This document shows, one piece after another, positions 54,941 to 64,000 of a stretch of DNA of 64,000 bases; positions within the stretch are counted from its first letter, which is position 1, and the number at the start of each line of letters is the position of its first letter. This DNA comes from Camelus dromedarius (taxonomy: Eukaryota), in the NCBI RefSeq assembly GCF_036321535.1, contig NC_087442.1, forward strand, positions 68,882,001 to 68,946,000. The letters run 5' to 3'. The position numbers and the translations under genes are program-made. The notes beneath the pieces are model-generated. The model saw only the letters and a program-made list of their open reading frames with translations. It did no database searches and was not told where the DNA came from.

Positions 54941-55320
54941 GTCTCGTCTGCGCAGGCGCTGCGCCGGTGGTCAGGCTGGAACCGGTTCAGGGCGGTGCCT
55001 GTCGCCATCTTGGCCCTTTCCAGCCGCAGCGGGTCGGCGGTTTTGTTTCTGTGGCGTTTGCTTTATAAGCTATCACAGTTGTGGGCGTAGACTGAGGGAT
55101 TGTGGTGTGGAAAAGAAAGTAGCTTAGTCGCCGTACCGGTGTGGGTCTCTTCTGGGGACAAGCGGAGGAGAGCCCCAGGCCGTTTCCTGGTGGGTAAGTA
55201 AGTCACCTGCCCCAGCTGGACCCTTTTCGGGGCCCCAGGGACCGTCTCCCTGCACCCCGGGCTCCGGGCTCCGGGGACGGCCTGGTGGAGACACGTGACT
55301 CGCAGGGCCACGAACGGAAC
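54941..55320. promoter_or_regulatory. CpG-island-like core with NRF1, GC box, YY1, TATA-like and E-box motifs (orphan promoter-like element)
   Basis: I count 29 CpGs in these 380 bp. TGCGCAGGCGC 54949-54959 (NRF1), GGGCGG 54990-54995, CGCCATCTTG 55003-55012 (YY1, reverse), TTTATAA 55062-55068, donor TGG|GTAAGT at 55193/55194, CACGTGAC 55292-55299. Confidence 0.55.
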
Positions 55321-58300
55321 AGGTAGGTGGTTGTAGAGATCCCAGCACCGGCAGCAGCAGGTGCTCAGAACGTGCCTAGGGATTTGGAAGCTTCGCCCTC
55401 GGGAAGCCTCACCGTAGGGGTTTTTTTTTTTGTACTGCAAGTCCTTCCCCTGCCAGGGGCAACACTCTGTTTAAAGAGCGTGTCAAGGAAGCCGGCCAGC
55501 ACCCTGGGGTGATGATGAGGGGTCCCAGACCTTGGTCTAGGCCAGGAAGAGGCCCGTAGATGTGAGTTTTCGGCCTGGCTTTGAGACCCAGGCACTGCCC
55601 TCCTAGCTCGCGGGCCCGGCTATCATCAGCCGAGCTGCCCGTGACGCTCACTTCCACACGCCGCTGGCAGGGACAGCCCTTTTCCTTCAGAAAGACCTGC
55701 CTGGCATGAGGATTCTGAATGCAGTGATCAGTTAGCCGTGTCTGCCAGCCGTGTCTGCCGTGGGCGCGGGGGCAGGAATGGCTGCGTATGTTTCTAGAAT
55801 TTGTCATCGCTCATCTAAAGCCTGATCAAGGTTTTCCCCTAGAGATTGTGCTCACTCAGAAAAGCATCAGAAGACAGAGATGTCAGGTGGTGGCCACACG
55901 CCACAGCCCTGTGGATGCACCTGAGAACCCAGCTGTCCTCTGTGCGTGAGAGCAGGTACCCTCATCCACTGAGCCACCCCCAGGAAGGCTCCCCACCCCC
56001 ACCCACCAGGACAGAGGACACCCTCCTTGCCCTAAGGCCCTAAGGAGTAATGATACACATTACAATATATACAATAGTTACACATAATGTACCATCTACA
56101 AATAAGAGTTGGCCAAAGTGTAACCAAAAAACGAAACAAAAATCAAAAACAAAAAAAACTGCCTCTTGAAACTTGAAGAAAACGTAACTTATGTTTTATT
56201 TTTTAATTCTCGGCATAATGAAATTCTAGGAAACATCCATATTTTTTATTCAAACAATGGCTATTAATCAGCTTTAGCTGAATCATGTATTAAATATCTT
56301 TTCACTAATTTTATAACCTTTTTCTGTGTTCAATTTACCTTAAATAGGTCATTTTTCTCTAATTAGGAAATTTATATTTTTAAAATTAAGTTAAAATTAT
56401 ACTAAGGAATCTGCTGAAAATATGGGGCATTGCTATTATAATATTGTTACCCTACAATAATTAAAGGAATTGAAGGTAGCACTGGAGCACAAAGAAAGGA
56501 ATTGGTCAGCATTTATTTTTCAGAATAATTAGCCTACATAGATAATGTTTGTGATTTCAAAGTAACTATCACCAATTTTCCCCAAATATCTTAATATCCC
56601 ATTATTTATTCATGAGTTATATTTTTAATAATCAAGGTCTGCCATTAAAATGATAGCATCTCCCTGAATATTCCTTGAAAATGGAAGTGCTTTAATTTTT
56701 TTAAAATGGGTCTATGTCATACAAGGTTGGTAAACACTGGATTTAAAAATTTCCTTAAGCTAATTTCCCTATAGCTAGACCTCCAAATGTCTTTAATGTC
56801 TTAATTTGAAGTATAAAATAATAAAATATGCAGTATTCTCTCAAACTCATTTTCTCATGGGATCCTTTATTCCCTGAATTTCCATTAGCAGCAAAGGAAA
56901 CTAGTGTTTTATAAAATATATCAGTATAGGATCATTCATTCATTCATCAGTATGTATATTTGCTTTCATTAGGCAAAGAGACAGAGTCAGCAGTTCTTTG
57001 TATACAGATAATGTCAAGTAAATATCACAGGAAGTATTTTCTAACTTTTGTTTGGAATATTTAAGATTTTACATCTCCATGCTTTTCCTGTTTAGTTTTC
57101 TGTTTTCTAACTACAAGAAATACAGTAGAAGGTAGGAAAAAAAAGATTTAATGATTAAAATTAAATTTCACTGAAGTAACATTTTGAACCTTGACTAGAG
57201 TATTTACATTCAGAGGAAAGTTCATGATAGAATGATTTAATTAACAATACATTAAAAAACGTTTGGTCACAAAGATAGTGTAAGGCCAAGTATAAGAATT
57301 CATTTAAGCAGAGATTAATTTTTTTATGGTGCTTCTTTTGGGAAGAAAATACACATTTTTTGATCCCCATTTTGTCCTCACAGGAGTCAAAGGTAAGAGT
57401 CCTATGATTGCTATAATTCTGCTGCAATGTATATTAAATCAATGTGTGTACTTTTCCTGAATGTTACAAGTCAACTACTGATATAGTTCAAATGTGCTCT
57501 CTCTTTGATGTCTACAAAGATGATAACCAACTGCATTGATATGGATGATGTGCCTTTCCTGATAGACCCTCTTTTGACTTAAAGTCTGTTGATAATTGCT
57601 ACTTCTGCAATAAGAGCATTTTCAACTACCTGAATCAAGACTTTCATAGCAATATCACTTACTGGTTCTTGACAGCTAATGAAGTGGCAAAGCAAGGCTG
57701 ATAAACTCCAGAGCCTATCAGGAGAGTTGAGTGTAGCATTTTTTAGATTCTGATTTACTAAATGAGGTGGAAGTCATTATATTCATCAAACAAACTCAGC
57801 TATGAACTTTTAAACTAATTTCTTGATTTTTTTAAGTGGAAGTAATTTCTCCTTATTGAGTGCTTAGAAATGATAAAACAACAGTTACAAGTGGGAAAAG
57901 CTAGAAATTTCTTTCTCAATTTTGTAATTATACTAGTTTCTACCTCTTTTTGAATTTTATCAGCAGTGGCATTTAGCCTAATAAGAAACAAATGCCTGTT
58001 TTAAATAGCATCCTTACAAGAAAATGTAAAATTAAGATAAATTTTAAAAATCTTGGAAATCCTATTAAAATGCATTACTGTTTAGGAGCAAAATACATAA
58101 CCTCAACTTTTATTTTCAATTATTTAATCCAAAGTTTAGTAATAATAAATAACATTATAAAGATGTGATCAGTGAAGATAATTTTTTTTAACTATTTACA
58201 TGCAAAATATAAGCAAGTATCAGGAAAATGAAAGAATTAAGAAATCAGTGACCTTAGGTAATGTTGCAGGACTCATTGCTCACATGGAACTGCTCTGGGG

Positions 58301-60939
58301 GTTTCATTAGGTCTAAGTAGCACTAACACTTTTTCTCCCTTCAGGTCTAGAGGCAGATTTTACCTGTTAGTCTCCACACTTAGACTAATGGGAGAGTATC
58401 ATTTTGAATATGTAGTGTGGCCAGTGGGGATTAAAAGGAGATCATGTTTCACTCTAAACAATGTTTATTAATTATCATTCTAACATTGTTATTAGCGTTT
58501 TGTTTGGTTTTTCTTTTGGTGTTGTTTTTTAAAGAGGAAAACAATCATGTTTTTTGATGAAGAATTATGAAAGGAAGTTTAAAAAGAACTTAAACTATTC
58601 ATTTACTTTTGCCTGCTCTTGAAAAAGAGGTAAATTTAGTTCTGAATTAGATGTTTGTCCTTGCAGGGATAAATGTCTTCATGTCCTACATCGATCTAGA
58701 GAATCTTTAGTGTCTGCTATCCTGTCCAGCCCAGAGATATGCTTGATTTAATGGGTCCTGGGAGAGCAAGGATTTTCCACAAACACGCTGGATTTTTACT
58801 TCATCCTAGGGAATCACTTAGTTGTCCTTTGGGCTCCTAAACCAGTTGTGGCTTACCTTACATTTAACTTCAATCCCAGAACAATTCTAAACATGACCTA
58901 ATTTTAAAGTATATTTGCAGTAGAATGTGTTTGGAAAAAATAGAAAATTAAACTTGTCTCATTTTCTGTATAAGGCAAAATACAGTATTTTGTTTCAATA
59001 CAAAGGTAATTTTAGAAGTAGTACTATCAGATAACTTTGCAAAAAAATATTATTGGGGCAGAGCAGAATATAGGAAAACTTAATTTTGCCCAAATTATCT
59101 AAATAATAATCCTATTTATCCCCTTTTTATTTGTGTATGTAGAAAAAATTACTAAATATCAATGAATTGTTAAGAACCAACCTCACTAAGCTGTCTGACT
59201 TCCATTACTTAATTAGTTCTGAAATGTATTTACTTCAAAATTAAATATATTACTAGGGGGAAAACATTTATAGTGTTTCATTGTAAATAGTTTATTATTG
59301 TCACTAAGATTAGAATGTACCCAGAAAACATTGTTTGGTTTCATCTAGAGATTCTTTGAGTACGTTGGTTTTCAACACCATCCTCTCCCATCTCCCTGCC
59401 ACCCATCTGCAGGGAAATCTGTCTCAAACAATATCCTTTTGTAAGTAAGCCAGAAGCCTTCATAGTCAAAATGTATCTATCCTAGTTAAAGTGGTGGGCA
59501 TACCATATGAATGCCATCCCTCCACCCCCCACCCCACCAAAAAAGACCATTAAACATCTCAGCTGTACAACTTCTATTTTTTAACTAACAAACTTAAATT
59601 GCATTTGTTTATGGCACTCAGATACTACGTAGTTTAGAGAATGAGGAGATAGTAAGGGCAGCAGGATAATTTATGGATTCTCTAACCCACATGCACTGTT
59701 ACACATCATAAACATACCTATTTTACTCACCTAATCAGAAATCCATCTATTCATTCATCCACTATATATATAGTAAACACCTTCTGTCAGCCAAATCTAG
59801 GGTTTAGGTGATACCTACCTAGCCACACACAGCTGCCCTCTGATTTGCTTACTTGATTGATCCTTGAGAATATTCATCTAATATCCTGGACTTCCTTGTG
59901 AGCTTCTATCTCTGTCCCAACTCTAAGAATTACATAGATTCTTGTCTCAGTCACAAAGGGACACCCACAAACACTGAAATACATGTGTTCTCCAGTATAT
60001 TTATGCTTGGATATATTTAGTTTTTGTCAATGAATAAGGAAGACTTTTTTCCCTCCCATAAATGTGTTTTGGGGTGAAAATAATGAAAAAATACTGACAA
60101 AATTCTCAGTTTCTTTCTTCAGTAAAAGCTTATTTGCTCAGCAGTAAGGCAATTCAAATAATTTTTAAACAGCTTTTTAAAAATTCTTATAGTGGGCATA
60201 TGCAACAGATAATGGGTAACTAAAGTTCATAACTAGTGTCCATACATGAATATTTTACAGAATTTTGTTACTGGAAAAATGCAGTATTCAATTTTCAAGT
60301 ATCAGAATACATTTGCTTTCGTATAGTCATGTGGGGAAATGCTAGTTATTTGGAGAAAACACTGAAATGTATCCTGTGGTATATGTAAATAAATAACCAA
60401 GACCACCTGAAAAATCAAACTTTCAATTAAGCCCTTTTTTAAAAAACTTTGCTAATGGTGCAATGCTTACCAGTCATAGGCATTTAATGAACACTTGCTG
60501 GTGAATTGATTTGATAATGAGAACCTGCCTGTAGAGGAGCCTTATAAATAATACAAAAGACAGAATCAAGAACAAAGTTTTAATCTCTGGATTATTAACC
60601 CATCATTCAAAGCACCAAATTAAATTGATGTGAATTGTAAAAGAAGTACCTACATTTCAATTAAAAATTTTTACTGACTAATCATCTTACACAGAAATGA
60701 GTGATCATTGCAATGTATATTTGTATTAACTTTTGCTTACATTAAAACATTTGGTTTCTTTATATAATAATGACATTTAAACTTTCATTGCTATTCTTAC
60801 GCATTAATCATTTTGTAAATTGTTTGCAACTTTTATTTTTGAGCATATACTTGTGTCCAAAACTCACTGACATCTGGAATTGGGTAGCAAAAATAAAGAG
60901 AAAAAATTAAAGTCACAATTTTTCTAGAAATTTATTTAG

Positions 60940-61085
60940 AAAGAGCATTGAACTGAGAGCTAGGTAACCTGAGTTTAAAACTGACCTCTGCAGTTCTTAA
61001 TGATAAAGTCACTATGCTCTTTCGTAAATGGAACCAATCAGACTTTATAATTTAAAGATCCTTCCAGATCTCAAATTCAATGATT
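60940..61085 (+). mobile_element. MIR-family SINE (MIRc/MIR3-like)
   Basis: gaaagagcattgaactgagagctaggtaacctgagtt...aaagatccttccagatctcaaattcaatgatt. Confidence 0.6.
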
Positions 61086-61124
61086 AATTAATTATCTAGT
61101 TAACCATTTCCTTTACAGATAATT

Positions 61125-61600
61125 AAACCCGTATGTCACTGTGCTAACTCTGTATCTAAAAGAATACATACCCTAATGCCCATGCAGATAAATAGCATGC
61201 AATTAATAAATTAGTATGCGTTGTGGTCAGAGTGTGTGGGGCATCAGAAGAGAGAGTGGTACGAGCTAATTCTCAGGGCTTTCATGGGAGAGATGGCTTC
61301 TAACTGTGCCTTGAAGCACAAGAACATGGAAAATAAACTAGAAGCAGGAAGGCCAGGCTAGACTTAGACAGGAGTGAATTAGCCATTTCTCATAGAATTG
61401 TGGGAACTTATAGAAATAGGCATAAAACAAGGTAGCGAAGGAAGATTAGGGACTGTGACTTATTAGGAAGTCTGGGCTAAGGCAGTGGGTATAGATGCTT
61501 TTTTAAAAGATGGAAACATTACATTTTTGAAATAGGTTCTGGGCAATTTTTATAATGATGCCTTGAAGGATATATTAAAATTGAGAGGAATTAAAGATAT
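61125..61600 (-). mobile_element. L2 fragment
   Basis: cagggctttcatgggagagatggcttctaactgtgccttgaag...gggctaaggcagtggg resembles the L2 minus strand. Confidence 0.5.
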
Positions 61601-62747
61601 TCCTATAAACTATGGCAATAAACTATTGTTATTGCAGTAGGGCTTGTCTTTAGCATTACTAGTTAAACAAAACTCGGAAACAGTTTATTCATATGATTCT
61701 TATATGTAAAATGACCATAGCAGGGCTTAGCACATATAATTTTTAAAAATTAGCCATTTTATAGCCACATTATAAATAATTTTGTGTTTAGATGGTTTGA
61801 TTTTATTGGTAATATGAATGTAATATATACCTAATTAGAAAAGCTGGTATGTAATCTGACATATAATATATATTGCTACATTTACTTATTCCTAAAAGTT
61901 ATTGCATTTACTTTTTATGAGTTTTTGCTGTTTTTTTTTTAAGGTGTTTCAAATACTATTTATTGAGACACTTGTTTTTGTGTGCCAAGACTAGGTATAT
62001 ACTAGGAAAATATTATAGGACTAGGAATACAAAAGTAAGTAAAAGCAGCATATTTACACTCTAGAAAGGGAGCTAAAAAGATAAAGCAGTGATTAATCTA
62101 CATTTTTGCACAGTACTGTATTTCAAAAGGAAAGCATGATACATTATCCCCAAGAAGGTTAGAGAGTTCACAGGAGAGGCTTGATGTAGATCCTGAAAGC
62201 TGAGTAGATTCCCCTAGGTAAGTGAGAGCGGGAGATGGAAGGAACTGGGAGACAGACAGCATTCTAAGCTTGCTAAATACAGATAGCATGCCACTGAGGT
62301 AACTGGAAATATTCCTACAGATGCATGTGCATGTATGTGTAAATATATGTATTTCTATATCATTATATATAGGTACACACACACACACAGAGTTTGTGAA
62401 TGAGCTCAAAACTGTGGAAAATACAAAGGGCTCAAAACACATACATGTTGGAAATTTCTAGGCAGGTTTTAAAAAGGCAAGTGATATAGTATCTTTGATT
62501 TTAATTTTGATTCATTCCTTGTTTAGATGAATATATTATTAAGAAGCTGTTATTGCTGTAGTTTCTTGAATGGGTAGGTGGCCTGTATCCTTAAACCTTG
62601 CATGTTTAAAAATGTCCGATACTGCCTCTGTTTCTTGCTGAGCATAAAATACAAGACATGTGTGTTTATGCTTGGGTATTTGCACAAATTCCTTTTTTTG
62701 TTTTCTGACAAATAATGTTGCTTTGACTAAGGATAAAGCCCACCTGA

Positions 62748-63689
62748 AGACCTAAACAAGCAATTCTCCTAGGAAGACATACAAATGATCAATAGGCACA
62801 TGAAAAACTGCTCAGTATCACTAATTATCAGAGAAATGCAAACCAGAACTAAAATGAGGTGTCACCTCAGACCAGCCAGAATGGCCATCATTCAGAAGTC
62901 CACAAATGACAAACGCTGGAGAGGCTGTGGAGAAAAGGGAACCCTCCTACACTGCTGGTGGGAATGCAGTTTGGTGCAGCCACTGTGGAAAACAGTATGG
63001 AGATTCCTCAAAAGACTAGGAATAGACTTACCATAGGACCCAGGAATCCTGTTCCTGGGCACATATCCAGAAGGAACCCTACTTCAGGANNNNNNNNNNN
63101 NNNNNNNNNNNNNNNNNNNNNNNNNNNNNNNNNNNNNNNNNNNNNNNNNNNNNNNNNNNNNNNNNNNNNNNNNNNNNNNNNNNNNNNNNNNNNNNNNNNN
63201 NNNNNNNNNNNNNNNNNNNNNNNNNNNNNNNNNNNNNNNNNNNNNNTTGTAGCAACATGGATGTTCCTGGAGAATGTCATTCTAAGTGAAGTAAGCCAGA
63301 AAGAGAAAGAAAAATGCCATATGAGATCACTCATATGTGGAATCTAAAAAAAAAGAAAAGAAAAAGAAAAATGAATATAAATCCGAAACAGAAACAGACT
63401 CATAGACAGTGAATACAAACTTGTGGTTGCCAGGGGAGAGGGGAGTGGGAAGGGACAGACTGGGAGTTCAAAATTTGTAGATACTGACAGGTATATATAG
63501 AATAGATAAACAAGACTATACCATAAAGCACAGGGAAATATATACAAGATCTTAAGGTAGCTCACAGTGAAAAAGAATGTGGCAATGAATATATGTATGT
63601 TTATGTATAACTGAAAAATTGTGCTCTACACTGGAAATTGACACAACATTGTAAACTGACTATAACTCAATAAAATAAAATTTAAAAAA
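62748..63689 (+). mobile_element. 5'-truncated L1 (ORF2 C-terminus + 3' UTR + A-tail) with a perfect 19-bp TSD
   Basis: Encodes [16 protein letters not shown]...[29 protein letters not shown] and ...ATWMFLENVILSEVSQKEKEKCHMRSLICGI* (stop 63345-63347), the L1 ORF2 C-terminus. Two in-frame TAG stops. TSD aaggataaagcccacctga at 62729-62747 and 63690-63708. Confidence 0.97.
63090..63246. other. N-run, 157 nt, inside L1 ORF2
   Basis: Undetermined bases. Confidence 1.
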
Positions 63690-64000
63690 AAGGATAAAGC
63701 CCACCTGATAACTTTCCTTCAATAGGTGACTGGGTTTTACTTCATGGATTCCAAATGTATTAGGCCCTTTACTTAGTAATTTCCATAATTGAGCCTCTGT
63801 AAGATAAGATTTTCCGGGAAGATGATGACATTTCAGTCTGCAGATATGTCTATTTTTAGATTTTATTTCCTATCTTTCATTCCTGTTATCACCTCATTAA
63901 TCAGTTTCATCTCTATTAAAGAAAACTTGATTTTGTTACTACTAAATTTGGAACTTTGGTGATGAGAACTAATCCTCTTTTTTTCTATGTCAGTTCCTCT

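Larger units (their letters stand above)
16912..64000 (+). other. SEMA3A: SEMA3A intron 1 (at least 47 kb, continues beyond the window)
   Basis: Begins with GTGAGT. No sequence encoding the expected exon 2 peptide (EMLESNNVITFNGLANSSSYHTF...) was found downstream. A very long first intron is known for SEMA3A. Confidence 0.85.

Noticed and set aside
54115-55020. Single L1 with its 5' UTR (starting CAAGATGGCG) joined to ORF2
   Set aside because: No ORF1 lies between them, and the ORF2 piece is heavily decayed while the GC-rich part keeps its CpGs, implying different ages or origins.
54444-55807. ORFs of 60-163 aa in the GC-rich cassette as a protein-coding gene or retrogene
   Set aside because: Several overlap on both strands with no recognisable domain. 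Long ORFs are expected by chance in GC-rich sequence.
54446-56040. Endogenous retrovirus (LTR + PBS + leader)
   Set aside because: AAGATGGCG, TGCGCA and a GTAAGT donor occur in some ERVs, but I found no paired LTRs, canonical AATAAA, tRNA-complementary PBS or gag-like ORF. Not excluded without a Dfam search.
11377-63347. ORFs in the supplied track containing long X runs (e.g. 15989-16504, 16054-16677, 41018-41443)
   Set aside because: Artefacts of translating N-runs, which contain no stop codons.
1-64000. The many 60-170 aa ORFs on both strands
   Set aside because: No recognisable protein similarity apart from SEMA3A exon 1 and the L1/L2 remnants. Many start at TTG/GTG, and this is the expected background for intronic DNA.
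16912-64000. SEMA3A exon 2
   Set aside because: No sequence encoding EMLESNNVITFNG... was seen. It presumably lies beyond the window.
1-64000. CRISPR arrays, rRNA genes or prokaryotic systems
   Set aside because: Mammalian intronic and intergenic DNA with no repeat-spacer arrays or rRNA-like sequence.

Overview
Mammalian genomic DNA, AT-rich and CpG-depleted, most likely camelid: it carries a tRNA-Ala-derived Vic-1-type SINE and camelid-style L1 3' ends. The window holds about 16.5 kb upstream of SEMA3A, its first coding exon (+ strand, ATG at 16800, signal peptide MGWFARIVCLFWGVLLTARA, donor after 16911) and 47 kb of intron 1. I did not find exon 2. The rest is mostly old L2, MIR and hAT remnants, several 5'-truncated L1s (two with target-site duplications), microsatellites and eight N-runs. 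Almost all ORFs in the supplied track are spurious or repeat-derived. The most unusual element is a ~1.6 kb GC/CpG-rich cassette deep in intron 1 (about 54450-56160). It looks like an orphan, possibly bidirectional promoter, with NRF1, GC-box, YY1 and TATA-like motifs, an ATG-less candidate first exon, splice donors on both strands and an A-rich tail. I could not identify its origin. The SEMA3A leader also has an out-of-frame uORF that overlaps the main start codon. All family assignments come from recalled consensus sequences, not database searches.
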